From: Planctomycetota bacterium | GTDB taxonomy: Bacteria > Planctomycetota > Planctomycetia > Pirellulales > Pirellulaceae | NCBI GenBank assembly: GCA_046086325.1 | Contig: JBJSXJ010000233.1 | Span: forward strand, 2,177-66,176 | DNA: 64,000 bases | Direction of reading: 5' to 3' | Part shown: in pieces, positions 19,870-29,900 of the stretch | How positions within the stretch are numbered: the first letter of the stretch is position 1 | How the letters are laid out: each line of letters begins with the position of its first letter | The notes under the pieces: generated by a model | Databases searched by the model: none | What the model saw: only the letters and a program-made list of their open reading frames with translations | What the model was told of the DNA's origin: nothing | Made by a program: the position numbers and the translations under genes

Positions 19870-20943
19870 ATGGCTATCGGTTTTGGAATTATTGGTTGTG
19901 GGATGATCGCCAAGTTTCACAGCAAGGCGATTGCGGATATTCGTGGTGCGAAAGTCGTTGGCTGCTATAGCCGCACCGGCGAAAAAGCGGAACGGTTAGC
20001 CGCAGAAGTGGGCTGTCAGGCCTATGCCGATTTGCCAGCGATGCTCGCCAATCCCGACATTCATATCGTTACGGTCTGCACGCCCAGCGGAGCGCATCTG
20101 GAGCCGGCGGTGGCCGCTGCGAAGGCCGGCAAGCATGTCATCGTGGAAAAACCACTCGAAATTTCGCTCAGTCGCTGTGATGCGATCATCAAAGCTTGTC
20201 GCGACCATCAAGTGACCCTCGCCACCATCTTCCCCTCGCGCTTTCACGAATCCGCTCTGCTGCTCAAGCAGGCCGTCGATGCCGGCCGATTCGGGCGACT
20301 CACCATTGGCGATGCCTACGTAAAGTGGTATCGCACTCAGCAGTATTACGACAGCGGCGCTTGGCGAGGAACGTGGAAATTGGATGGCGGCGGAGCGCTC
20401 ATGAATCAGGCCATTCACAGCGTCGACCTACTCACCTGGCTCATGGGCCCCGTCACCGAGGTGACCGCGCGAGTCGCCACGTTGGCTCACGAACGGATTG
20501 AAGTGGAAGATGTGGCGATGGCGACGTTGAAGTTCGCGAATGGAGCGCTCGGAGTGATCGAAGCGACGACCGCGGCCTATCCCGGTGCACTCAAACGCAT
20601 CGAGATCCACGGTTCGGAGGGATCTGCCGTGCTGGAGGAGGAGAGTATTCGCCAGTGGTCATTTGCCAAAGTTACCAAGCGCGATGAAGCGTTATTGGAG
20701 CGCATGCGAGACAAGACGAAGACAGGTGGCGGGGCCGCCGATCCAGCGGCCATCGGTCACCACGGTCACATGCTGCTATTTAAGGATGTGCTCGACGCCA
20801 TCAAAAAAGGACGTGCACCGCGCATCGATGGTGCCGAAGGGCGTCGCTCAGTGGAAATCATTCAAGCGATCTATAAGGCCGCTGAAACCGGCAAAACGGT
20901 TACTCTGCCACTGAAGAACGATCCCGTTTTCCGGTCACGATAG
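19870..20943 (+). CDS. Gfo/Idh/MocA family oxidoreductase
   Basis: IGFGIIGCGMIAKFH Rossmann start and the VEKPLE motif. Confidence 0.8.
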   Translation: MAIGFGIIGCGMIAKFHSKAIADIRGAKVVGCYSRTGEKAERLAAEVGCQAYADLPAMLANPDIHIVTVCTPSGAHLEPAVAAAKAGKHVIVEKPLEISLSRCDAIIKACRDHQVTLATIFPSRFHESALLLKQAVDAGRFGRLTIGDAYVKWYRTQQYYDSGAWRGTWKLDGGGALMNQAIHSVDLLTWLMGPVTEVTARVATLAHERIEVEDVAMATLKFANGALGVIEATTAAYPGALKRIEIHGSEGSAVLEEESIRQWSFAKVTKRDEALLERMRDKTKTGGGAADPAAIGHHGHMLLFKDVLDAIKKGRAPRIDGAEGRRSVEIIQAIYKAAETGKTVTLPLKNDPVFRSR

Positions 20944-21649
20944 GCTGAAAGGTGCGATAGTGATCGGCAGTGTAGTAACACTCTTGTTCTTTACCGAGGA
21001 TGATGCGCTGCGGTCCGGGGCCGCGTAGCTTTGGCGTGGGATGCACATATTCGGTGTAGTAACCAGTTGGTTTCCGCGGTAAACGTCCTTCGCGATTCTG
21101 AAAGACACTGCCGTCATTGCGATGAGGAAACGATTCACCGCGGCGAATACGAGCGAGCGTCGCGGTGATATCGACGTCACCCTGATAGACAATTTTGCCA
21201 TCCTCATCACGAATGGTCTGACCGCGAATGACGACGGTTTTCGCAGTCGCTGTGGGTGCTGTGGTCGCTGTAGATCCTGATGGTGCCGTCGGGACGGATG
21301 GTGCCCTAGAAGCCGGTGCTGACTGAGAACTCGCGTCTGTCCGCTCGCTGTCCTGCGGTTCCGGATCGGTTGCCGGTCCAATCGTGATCGGCCCACGCGT
21401 CTTACTCGCTGCCGCCGACTCGTCCGATCCATCGAATTCGTCGTTCGCGGGCTTGGCAACCGTCGAGTTGTCAGGGGTGACAGAAGTGCTGGTCGATGGT
21501 CGCACGTTCGAGGGCAACCAGCCTTTTTTCTCGGCGACATAGATGGCCAGGCCCACAGCCAGCATCACTGCCAGGCGCACCACGGCTCGTCGAACTGATC
21601 CTGGTTCACGACGCAGTGAAGTCGATCCATCCTGATCCGTTTGATTCAT
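20900..21649 (-). CDS. membrane-anchored guanyl-specific ribonuclease (RNase Sa / barnase / N1-T1 family)
   Basis: The C-terminal domain FPHRNDGSVFQNREGRLP...GYYTEYVHPTP..RGPGPQRIILG...YYTADHYRTF parallels RNase Sa (FPYSQDGVVFQNRESVLP...GYYHEYTV.TPG..RG.RRII.G...YYTGDHYATF). The N-terminus has a TM helix (LAVMLAVGLAIYVA) and a Ser/Thr/Pro-rich linker. Confidence 0.8.
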   Translation of the reverse strand: MNQTDQDGSTSLRREPGSVRRAVVRLAVMLAVGLAIYVAEKKGWLPSNVRPSTSTSVTPDNSTVAKPANDEFDGSDESAAASKTRGPITIGPATDPEPQDSERTDASSQSAPASRAPSVPTAPSGSTATTAPTATAKTVVIRGQTIRDEDGKIVYQGDVDITATLARIRRGESFPHRNDGSVFQNREGRLPRKPTGYYTEYVHPTPKLRGPGPQRIILGKEQECYYTADHYRTFQPIVTGKRDRSSVAE

Positions 21650-21737
21650 CGCTTGACACTCATCATGTTGTTTGAAATCTCGGCCAAATCAGAATTCGCT
21701 CGTCTGCAGAATTGCCAACCTAGCGATCGCTAGCATA

Positions 21738-22379
21738 TCAAGAATTTGGCTGTGCGGTGAGTCGCTGGTAATCCTCGGGGGTATCCAGATCGTCCACGAT
21801 CGACGGCTGAGAAACAGCGATCTCGTGAACAGGAAAATCGCGGAGCAGCCGGTTCACACCATCATTTTCTTCCAACCGATGGACGGCCTCGGCGAGCTGC
21901 CAGGGAAAAAGTACCGGATGTCCGCGGCGACCATGGTAGACGGGGACCAGTATGGCGGGCACCGGTCTGTCGGGGACTGGAATGGTTGCTGCGGTGGCAG
22001 CAAATTCGGCGAGTAGCTGCTGGATGACGGCAGCTGCGATGCGTGGTTGATCCGCGGGTGCGAGTAGCCAAGCACCAGGTAACGCTCGACCTGTCTCAGT
22101 CGACTCGGCTTCCAGCCAGCGCAAGGCCACCTGCACCGAAGCTTTCATATCGGGTGGATCAATCGCGGGCTGTAGCACCTCCACTCGCTCCTGCTGGCAG
22201 ATGGCGGCGAGCTGATGATCACTCTGCCGGACCACCACCAGAATGCGATCGACTGCCGTCGCTTTCCAGGCTTGCAGCACGTGCTGTATCACTGCCTGAC
22301 CGTTCCAGGGCAGAAGCAATTTTGGTTCACCCATGCGCCGACTGTGTCCGGCGGCTGGTATAATTGCGACGGTTTTCAT
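21738..22379 (-). CDS. MobA/MocA-like nucleotidyltransferase (molybdenum cofactor cytidylyl/guanylyl-transferase family)
   Basis: N-terminus AIIPAAGHSRRMGEPKLLLPW, the typical GT-A NTP-transferase loop. Confidence 0.7.
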   Translation of the reverse strand: MKTVAIIPAAGHSRRMGEPKLLLPWNGQAVIQHVLQAWKATAVDRILVVVRQSDHQLAAICQQERVEVLQPAIDPPDMKASVQVALRWLEAESTETGRALPGAWLLAPADQPRIAAAVIQQLLAEFAATAATIPVPDRPVPAILVPVYHGRRGHPVLFPWQLAEAVHRLEENDGVNRLLRDFPVHEIAVSQPSIVDDLDTPEDYQRLTAQPNS

Positions 22380-22465
22380 GGAGCTGCCAGGGATGGAAAC
22401 ATAGTTCCAGAAAAAGCTGAGAAGACGAATCCAGACGTGAATTGGGAAATGGATGACAAGGGCCG

Positions 22466-22993
22466 ATGAATCGACAACCTGCTGAACTGCCGCTGGTGAT
22501 CGTTCGCTCGCCTGGCCAAGGTTCGGGAAGCGCTATTGTACGACCAGCGCTGCTGCGCGACGATGCATGGCGACTGGCAATCGCCATGTTGACGCTGCTG
22601 CTCATCGATACGTTACCGGCCCTCCTCGATGTCATCAGTCACTGGCAAGCGGCAAAATCTGCGGGGGTGACTCGCTGGGCTGGTCTCCTGCTGCTGTTAG
22701 CCGTAATCCATTTTGCCTATCTCTGCTATGTCGTCCAACTAGCGGACTGGAGCAGTTTCTGGGTGATCGCGCTGTTCTTGCTCGTCTTGGCCATGGCGCA
22801 TGCAGTGCTGCTGGGACTGCTCATGTACGCCCAGCCCAACAGTCCGCTCATCAACTGGTGGGAGTTGAACGATTTGTTGAGCTCGCGGTGGTCGCGCTGG
22901 TGGGCTTTGATCGTCACCAGTAGCGCCAGTGTGCTGGCTTTAATCGCAGGCATGATGGCAGTTCGTTGGCGAAAGGTAGTTTCGCCAGCATGA
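22466..22993 (+). CDS. hypothetical integral membrane protein (about 4 TM)
   Basis: Four hydrophobic stretches, for example WAGLLLLLAVIHFAYLCYVV and FWVIALFLLVLAMAHAVLLGLL. I recognised no family motif. Confidence 0.4.
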   Translation: MNRQPAELPLVIVRSPGQGSGSAIVRPALLRDDAWRLAIAMLTLLLIDTLPALLDVISHWQAAKSAGVTRWAGLLLLLAVIHFAYLCYVVQLADWSSFWVIALFLLVLAMAHAVLLGLLMYAQPNSPLINWWELNDLLSSRWSRWWALIVTSSASVLALIAGMMAVRWRKVVSPA

Positions 22994-23514
22994 CACATCC
23001 TCTCGATCGTCGTGACGGCGAAGCAGGCCAAGGGGAGGGCTGGAACGCTCCCGGTCTGCCCTGGAACCAGAACAAAAGTGCCACCGATTACGCAATTCTG
23101 GCAGGCTGGATGGTCGCTGGCACCGGCTTCTTGGTAGCCGTCGTCGGTGCCTTGATTCTAGCGACCGAAAACCCCGCCTTGGATACGATGGGAAGCGCCA
23201 TTCACACGGCCAGCAAACTCATCCTGGTGCTCGGCATGCTGATCCTCTTGATCTCCTATCGCTTCCGGCAAATGTTCACCGTTAGCCAGCGGCAGGTCAA
23301 ACGGCAGCAAGCACGCCAGTCGCGACAGGTGATCGTGACCGCCGAGCTCATTGCCCCTGCAGCTCAACCGCCCAGCAGTCCGTTTGCGCCAGCACCACGC
23401 CGCCCTGCTGTGAGCTCCACACAGGATCTGCTACGCCAAATGTCTGCTCTCAGCCCAATGTCCGACCAACCATCCCACCCACAAAGCCCGCGATCATCGG
23501 CGGATCGTACATGA
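22966..23514 (+). CDS. hypothetical membrane protein (2 TM, Pro-rich tail)
   Basis: ILAGWMVAGTGFLVAVVGALILA and LILVLGMLILLISY. It overlaps the previous ORF by 28 nt. Confidence 0.4.
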   Translation: MAKGSFASMTHPLDRRDGEAGQGEGWNAPGLPWNQNKSATDYAILAGWMVAGTGFLVAVVGALILATENPALDTMGSAIHTASKLILVLGMLILLISYRFRQMFTVSQRQVKRQQARQSRQVIVTAELIAPAAQPPSSPFAPAPRRPAVSSTQDLLRQMSALSPMSDQPSHPQSPRSSADRT

Positions 23515-23924
23515 GCGACGAACATAAACCCACGGAGAACGATGCGGCTGCCAGACGTTCGCGTGTCTGGGCACGCTGGTCGATTTTGGCGGCGATGATC
23601 TGTTTGATGAGTAATTTTCTGGCGAATCGAATCACGGGACGGTTCGGAGTCGATCGCTGGGGCTGGTTGACTTGGCTGGTGAGTTGGACCACGATGCTCA
23701 TGGTTGTCGTGGGACTCCTCCTGGGACTCGCAGCACTCGTCACCGGTGCTCGCCAGCTCACAGCTGCTCGACAGCCCTCCCCATCCCCTCTCCACGACCA
23801 ACGCTCGGCAACCGAGCGGGCGACCGATACCATCGGAATGGCCTTAATCGGGTTTACGCTGAACCTGATGATCGTGCTCAGTGTGATCTACTTCCGTAAC
23901 CTGCTGGCCACTAGTGGTGGGTAA
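23511..23924 (+). CDS. hypothetical membrane protein (3 TM)
   Basis: ATGA start/stop overlap with the previous ORF. Hydrophobic segments include WSILAAMICLMSNFL and MLMVVVGLLLGLAALV. Confidence 0.4.
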   Translation: MSDEHKPTENDAAARRSRVWARWSILAAMICLMSNFLANRITGRFGVDRWGWLTWLVSWTTMLMVVVGLLLGLAALVTGARQLTAARQPSPSPLHDQRSATERATDTIGMALIGFTLNLMIVLSVIYFRNLLATSGG

Positions 23925-24171
23925 CCCTTTAACCACCTCAACACCAGGTCGCCTCATAAACTCTGACGACTGGAGTGATTATCCCCGACGCACCTCGCGG
24001 CGGGTCACTCTTTCGTTAGGAATTCTCTGCGGGAATCGTTTCCGTTTTCACGGAGCGCGAATTACTCTTGTGGGCTTGACCAAAATCGGTAATTGTCGGC
24101 GGTGGTGAGACCGGCGCGAGCTGGTCCACGTCGCAGTACTACGGTTTCAATCATTTACGGAGGCATTATCA

Positions 24172-24879
24172 ATGTCGTTAGGAAAGAAATGTGCAGCCGA
24201 AGTTCTCGGCACATTCTGGTTAACTTTTGGTGGTTGTGGTAGCGCGGTGTTAGCGGCGGGCGTACCCGACGTGGGGATCGGCTATCTGGGAGTTTCCTTA
24301 GCGTTCGGTTTGACCGTGCTCACGATGGCTTATTCGATCGGCCATATTTCGGGCTGTCACCTGAATCCAGCCGTCTCGGTGGGGCTGATGGTCGGCAAGC
24401 GTTTCTCAGCTGGCGAATTGGTGCCCTACGTCATCTCGCAAGTGCTCGGTGCGGTGCTCGGCGCCGGCGTGCTCTACGTCATCGCCAGCGGCGTGGATGG
24501 GTTTAGTTTGAGCGGCGGGTTTGCCTCGAACGGTTACGGCGAACATTCACCGCAGAAGTACTCGATGGTGGCTGGTTTCGTGTCGGAAGTCGTTCTGACC
24601 TTTGTCTTCCTGATGATCATTTTGGGTTCGACGGACAAGCGGGCTCCTGCCGGCATGGCCCCGATCGCGATCGGTCTGGGACTGACTCTGATCCACTTGA
24701 TCGGTATTCCCGTGACGAACCTGTCGGTCAATCCCGCGCGCAGCACCGGCCCCGCGTTGTTTGTTGGCGGCTGGGCCATCGCCCAATTGTGGCTCTTCTG
24801 GGTTGCTCCGATCGTCGGCGCTGCCCTGGCAGGTGTGGTTCACAACATCCTGTTTACAAACGACGATTCCACCAAATAA
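24172..24879 (+). CDS. aqpZ: aquaporin Z
   Basis: Two NPA boxes (HLNPAVS and SVNPARS), AEVLGTFWL, and a 235 aa length. Confidence 0.9.
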   Translation: MSLGKKCAAEVLGTFWLTFGGCGSAVLAAGVPDVGIGYLGVSLAFGLTVLTMAYSIGHISGCHLNPAVSVGLMVGKRFSAGELVPYVISQVLGAVLGAGVLYVIASGVDGFSLSGGFASNGYGEHSPQKYSMVAGFVSEVVLTFVFLMIILGSTDKRAPAGMAPIAIGLGLTLIHLIGIPVTNLSVNPARSTGPALFVGGWAIAQLWLFWVAPIVGAALAGVVHNILFTNDDSTK

Positions 24880-26419
24880 CCGCCCGCGGTTTATTCGGCT
24901 GAATGACTCGTTGAAAATTGCCGGCCGCGATATCCGGCCGGCCGTCGCCATCAAAATCAGCGACCTCGATCGACGGGAAGTCGAACGATCCCTGCAGTAA
25001 CCGCCGCCGCGAGAACCGACCAGACGACGTTTGTTCGAGCAGAATCACGGAGTCGTGTTGGTCGAGCGGTGGTGGGTCGACCAGGTCGCCGGAAAGAAAT
25101 CCTGCGGCGACGATATCCAGATCGCCGTCGAGATCCATGTCGACGGCCAGTGCTCGATAGGCCCCGATGAGGTCAGCGAGCCGATGGGAAATGAAGCCCT
25201 CGGCGCCACGATTCTCCAGCCACTGCAGCCCGTGGTAGGGCTTGGCAATCTTGCTATCGAACGTGTCGCCGTTGCTGTACAGCAAGTCAAGATCACCGTC
25301 GGCGTCGAGATCCACCAGTTCAATTCCGCTGGAACCAAAAGCAGGATCTTGGGGCGGACTGATGACCTGACGCTGAAAGGTTCCGTCGCCTTGATTAATC
25401 CAGGCGAGAATCTCTTCATAACCCTGACTCATGAGTGCCAGGAAGTCGGGTTTGCCGTCGGCGTTCCAGTCGACGATCGGCAGATGAATTCCACCGGCGC
25501 GACTATCCACAGCATGTCGCACAAATTTCGGGCGACTGGCAGTTTCACTAAGATTCTCTAGCCAGAACACGCTGCCAGTTTTCTGCCAACCGAACTCGGC
25601 CACGACGAGATCCAGATCGCCATCGGCATCGAAATCAGCCGAGCGCACATCCGCCACTCGCCCTAGTCCCGCCAGTAACTCCACCGCTTCCCACGGCTGG
25701 CCTTCCGCACCGGGTCGCAACCACATTACTCGTCCGTCCTGATGATCGCGTGCTTCGAAGCTGCCGAGGTCGGCGATGACCAAATCGGTCACACCATCGT
25801 GATCCAAATCCGTTGGCTCAGCGCGGCATGGGTGCCGCAGCTTGGCCAGTAATCGCGATTTGCCGGTGGGATGCCCCGCGCGCACTTCACCGCTGCGGAT
25901 ATCGCAGGTGAGCAAGATTGGTTGCGGGTCGGGTAGGAGTTGTGTCCAGCGAATATTACCGATGGCGGGTGCGCCGTCCGTCACGATTTCCCACTCTTGT
26001 TTCTCCCAGCGCATACTGGCTGGCCGTTCCGCGTACGTTGGCGGAGGAAAGCTGAGTTTCTCGGGGGCACGACTTTGAAAATAACGAACAACCGTGGCGA
26101 TGGGTGGAACTTTCAGATCACTACGACCTGATTCCACGAAGAATCCAAAAGCCCGATCCACTTCGTCATGCCAGGCATGACGAGGAAAATAGTCGGCTCG
26201 CGGACCGAGGTGACAGGCGGCGCAAAAGCGATCGATCTCGGCGGCCACTTCCGCAGAAATCTCGGTCCGCGAGGAAGTCGCTGGGGATGACGAACTGGCA
26301 GTTGGTGGTGCAGCGGGTGGTGGCTCTGCAGTTTTCGAGCTGCAGCCACTCAGGGCGAACAGCAAGAGGCCGATGGCCCACGAGGTTCGACCACGGTGAG
26401 CCCCATGCGAGCCCGTCAC
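24854..26419 (-). CDS. FG-GAP/VCBS-repeat lipoprotein with one CxxCH heme motif
   Basis: Lipobox LFALSGC, CAACH, and repeated DxDxDGxxD loops ([66 protein letters not shown]). Confidence 0.65.
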   Translation of the reverse strand: MTGSHGAHRGRTSWAIGLLLFALSGCSSKTAEPPPAAPPTASSSSPATSSRTEISAEVAAEIDRFCAACHLGPRADYFPRHAWHDEVDRAFGFFVESGRSDLKVPPIATVVRYFQSRAPEKLSFPPPTYAERPASMRWEKQEWEIVTDGAPAIGNIRWTQLLPDPQPILLTCDIRSGEVRAGHPTGKSRLLAKLRHPCRAEPTDLDHDGVTDLVIADLGSFEARDHQDGRVMWLRPGAEGQPWEAVELLAGLGRVADVRSADFDADGDLDLVVAEFGWQKTGSVFWLENLSETASRPKFVRHAVDSRAGGIHLPIVDWNADGKPDFLALMSQGYEEILAWINQGDGTFQRQVISPPQDPAFGSSGIELVDLDADGDLDLLYSNGDTFDSKIAKPYHGLQWLENRGAEGFISHRLADLIGAYRALAVDMDLDGDLDIVAAGFLSGDLVDPPPLDQHDSVILLEQTSSGRFSRRRLLQGSFDFPSIEVADFDGDGRPDIAAGNFQRVIQPNKPRAVIWWNRRL

Positions 26420-29400
26420 GGTGCCACTCCCAAGGACTTTATATAAGCCAATAAATCGGCAGCTTCTTGGGCCGTGAGGTCGCTGAGAAGCCCATCGGGC
26501 ATCAGTGATTTGGCACTCCGCTTTAATTCACTGACATCCTCACGAGGGATTCGCACCAAGCGTTTTTCCGCCGTTCGCAGAACGACTTCGGTCGAGTTGT
26601 CTTTTACGAGCAGCCCGGAGAGTAAACGGCCGTCGGCAGTTTCAACCGTGTAAGCAGAGAAGGCTTCATCCACCTTCTGTGACGGCTGCAGAACATGCTG
26701 AATCAGTTCGTCAATCTGCGGATACTTTTTGTTGATCTCGCGCAAGGTGGGACCGAGTGACTGCTCCCGGTCCGCCGCATCATGACACGCTCGACAACGT
26801 GCCCCATCGCTGAAGAAGATGAGTTTCCCGCGTTCCTTATCTCCTTGGCGTTCCAGTACCACTCGAGGATCCACGCGATGTCCCAGGGTCGGCCGACGCT
26901 GCGACTCCGGTACAAACGTTTCCACCAAACCCCGAATATCGCTTTGCGACAGCGCGCGTCCCAGTTCCACCGTCGTCGCCGCATCGCTGACCGCCAGTCG
27001 CCCGGCATGCAGCCGCGTGAGCAGTGCCAGCGCACCTTCCGTCGTGCTCAGCAGCTCTTTCACCGCTGCTTGTCGCTCCGCCGGAGTGCCGCCGTCAGCA
27101 GTGGCGAGTAGTTCGAGTGCTCGGGCGGCAGTGGAGTTCTTGGTCAGTGGAGCTGAACGAGTCTGCTCCGGCGACTCGGCGTCTGCTGGCAGCGGGAGCG
27201 AACGAATCCACTCTTCGATCAACGCCACGCCGGCACTATCGACAAGTCGAGAGCCGATATACGGCATGCGGGCATATCCCAATTTCGACATGCGGTAGAG
27301 CAGCACGCTGCGATACGGATCACTCGCCTTGATGATCTTCGCTTCGGACATGCCAAAGGTGCCGATGCCGGTGCCCTTGTTCGTGTTGAGTTGTTCGAAG
27401 GGCAAATCACGCCGCAGATAGAACGACACGATGGCGTTGCCTCGCGGATGATGACACATGCTGCAATTGACATGCAGATAAGAGCGCGCTCGATCGTCCA
27501 GTGATGCTTGCGGATCATGCGGATCGACCAACCGCAGCTCGGCGCTGGCGGCGGCGGTGTGAGCTGTCTCAGTGGATTCGCGATTCTTCTTGGAGGACGT
27601 AGTCGCCGCGGGCGAGTTCGCGGAGCGGATCCCGGCAGCGGCCGAAAAATCGTGTGCGACAAGCGCTTTCAGCCGCTCGTCCGTGGCGGATCGGCCGTGT
27701 AATTGATGAGGAACAAATCCCAGGATGTTACCTGCATTCGCGTTGTGACAAAGCTTGCACTCGTTGACGGCGTTGACATGCCACGTCCGCTCACTTTGCC
27801 CCGCAGGCTGATGAATATCCGCTGCCTTGATCACTCGACTTGCTCCCTGAGCATCGACGAGTTCCGCGTCCCGTCCCTGTTCGTCCCACAGATAGCTGTA
27901 TGGATGCCATTCTCCATCCTCGTAGTGCAGGAGCTGCGTTTCGAGCCGCAGCAGATCGCTGGTGTCGGTGTTATCTGTCGCGCGCGCGCCTTTTCGTGAG
28001 GCTTGCTTCGGGATGAAGAGTTGTTTGACGAGCACGGTGCCGTGGGGAAAGTTGGGAGTCACGGCGATCCAGCGCTGGGCCGTCGCCCCATCCATCCAGC
28101 GCGCGACGGTGATGTCGTAAGGTAACACGCCCGCGGCAGGTTTCAGTTTGGCGACGTCTTGGAACAAACCAGTCTCGCTCAAACGCCGCGGAAAGCGCGC
28201 GGACAGATCGGGCTTGTTCGCGGGGAGCAGTTCGTAGATCTGTCCCGTGACATCGAAATCCAGCACGAGCAACTGACCCGACTCGGTCTGCGTGAAGGCC
28301 ACAATCTGCAGGTCGGTATCGAGTAGCGTGGTGCGCGAATAGCCACCTTCAGAGTTGCGCTGTAGCGCCCAGATGGTGCCGGTAATGTAGTCTCCATAGA
28401 TGAACCAGCCGTCGAGTGCCGGCAGGGTGGCTCCACGATAAACCGTTCCACCAACCACGGAGTTAGCTTCCGTATGCGGATGATCGACCGCCGGCGGCAG
28501 GATAGGCGTCGGGCCAACGGGCACCTCCGTCCGCAAAGCGGCTCGCCCCTCCATGATCGGCCATCCTCCGTTCCCTCCCTTCACCACACGATGCACCATC
28601 TCCCATGTTTCCCAGCCATTGTCCGCGACGAACATCTCACCCGTTTGCGGATCAACACCAAACTTCCAGGGATTGCGCAGACCATAGAACCAGATTTCGG
28701 GTCGAGCACCGGGAAGGTCGACAAATGGGTTATCTGCAGGAACGGTGTAGCGCTGCTCAGCCGATGCCGGATGATCGACATCCAGACGGAGGATAGCACC
28801 CAGCAAATCATCGACCGTTTGGCCGGTCGTCAGCCCGTCCGGCGGATTGGGGCCAGCACCATCACCCGTGGCCACATAAAGATACCCATCCTTGCCAAAC
28901 TCCAGACAACCAGCGTTATGTCCACCGGCAGGCCATGTGATGATGACTTGTTCGCTGCCGGGGACGAGTTGCGGTGGATTGTCACCGGTGAGTTGGAGGC
29001 GGGAGACGCGAGTATGACCGCCGTCGCCCGGATGCACATAGCAGACAAACAGATAGTGATTCTGGCTGAAGTTTGGATGCGGTTCGGCATCCCAAAGGGA
29101 GAGGTTCTTGGACGACAACTCTGCGGGAAGCAAGGTACGCAGATCGACCAACAGGTCCGAGCTCGTCACCTTAAGGGGCTCCTGATCAGCCTTCTGGCTG
29201 GCTCCTGGTTCTTTTCCCGCCGCCGTCCCAGTGGCAGGCGCGCGACTCGCAGGCGCGCGACTCGCAACCGGGGCAGGTAACGTAAAAATACGGCCACCAA
29301 TTTCAGTCACCAACAACCGGTTCGCCCCAGGCAGCGACTCGACACTGGTCGGCTTGCTGAACGCCACCTGCGGATAAACCGCTCGCAGGCGATAGGCGGG

Positions 29401-29556
29401 AGGTGGCTGCGGCGCGCCTTGGATGCGCGACTGAGTCCAAACGGCCGGTGTTTTGGCGGCGGCCCGATCAGCAGAGTTTTGGCCAGCGGCAGGATCGGTA
29501 GCCGCGACAAGCATGCCAGCCAGAATAACAGCTAGCAGTCGAGTGAAGCGAGACAT
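26416..29556 (-). CDS. PQQ-type soluble sugar dehydrogenase-like beta-propeller fused to three c-type heme (CxxCH) domains
   Basis: Signal peptide MSRFTRLLAVILAGMLVAA (ATG 29556). GGHNAGCLEFGKDGYLYVATGDG and WFYGLRNPW are glucose/sorbosone-dehydrogenase-like. Heme motifs are CKLCH, CSMCH and CRACH. There is a 4-nt overlap with the downstream FG-GAP gene. Confidence 0.7.
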   Translation of the reverse strand: MSRFTRLLAVILAGMLVAATDPAAGQNSADRAAAKTPAVWTQSRIQGAPQPPPAYRLRAVYPQVAFSKPTSVESLPGANRLLVTEIGGRIFTLPAPVASRAPASRAPATGTAAGKEPGASQKADQEPLKVTSSDLLVDLRTLLPAELSSKNLSLWDAEPHPNFSQNHYLFVCYVHPGDGGHTRVSRLQLTGDNPPQLVPGSEQVIITWPAGGHNAGCLEFGKDGYLYVATGDGAGPNPPDGLTTGQTVDDLLGAILRLDVDHPASAEQRYTVPADNPFVDLPGARPEIWFYGLRNPWKFGVDPQTGEMFVADNGWETWEMVHRVVKGGNGGWPIMEGRAALRTEVPVGPTPILPPAVDHPHTEANSVVGGTVYRGATLPALDGWFIYGDYITGTIWALQRNSEGGYSRTTLLDTDLQIVAFTQTESGQLLVLDFDVTGQIYELLPANKPDLSARFPRRLSETGLFQDVAKLKPAAGVLPYDITVARWMDGATAQRWIAVTPNFPHGTVLVKQLFIPKQASRKGARATDNTDTSDLLRLETQLLHYEDGEWHPYSYLWDEQGRDAELVDAQGASRVIKAADIHQPAGQSERTWHVNAVNECKLCHNANAGNILGFVPHQLHGRSATDERLKALVAHDFSAAAGIRSANSPAATTSSKKNRESTETAHTAAASAELRLVDPHDPQASLDDRARSYLHVNCSMCHHPRGNAIVSFYLRRDLPFEQLNTNKGTGIGTFGMSEAKIIKASDPYRSVLLYRMSKLGYARMPYIGSRLVDSAGVALIEEWIRSLPLPADAESPEQTRSAPLTKNSTAARALELLATADGGTPAERQAAVKELLSTTEGALALLTRLHAGRLAVSDAATTVELGRALSQSDIRGLVETFVPESQRRPTLGHRVDPRVVLERQGDKERGKLIFFSDGARCRACHDAADREQSLGPTLREINKKYPQIDELIQHVLQPSQKVDEAFSAYTVETADGRLLSGLLVKDNSTEVVLRTAEKRLVRIPREDVSELKRSAKSLMPDGLLSDLTAQEAADLLAYIKSLGVAP

Positions 29557-29900
29557 GATAGGACTCTCGGGGAAGCACGGAGGTGTGAAAGCCAGTATGA
29601 GACGGTAGTTCGAGGCGGATGGCAAGAACCATCTTCCGCGTTCTGGTAGACTGGTATAGCGAACACCTTTCGTGTTCGTAATACTACTGGCGTCGCGATG
29701 GGCGATTATTCGAGAGGCTTCCTGAACTGAGAACGAGCTCGTACGTATACCGTAGTTGGCCAGAATAGATCACCGTTCACCTCTAGCCATCAAACAGTCT
29801 GCGCTTCGAGATTCCTCGCTTCCCAATCTTGGCTTTTCATTCGCTTAGCTCGCTTCACGTCCGCATTCTTCTCACCTGTTTGAAATAACCCTAGCGTTTT

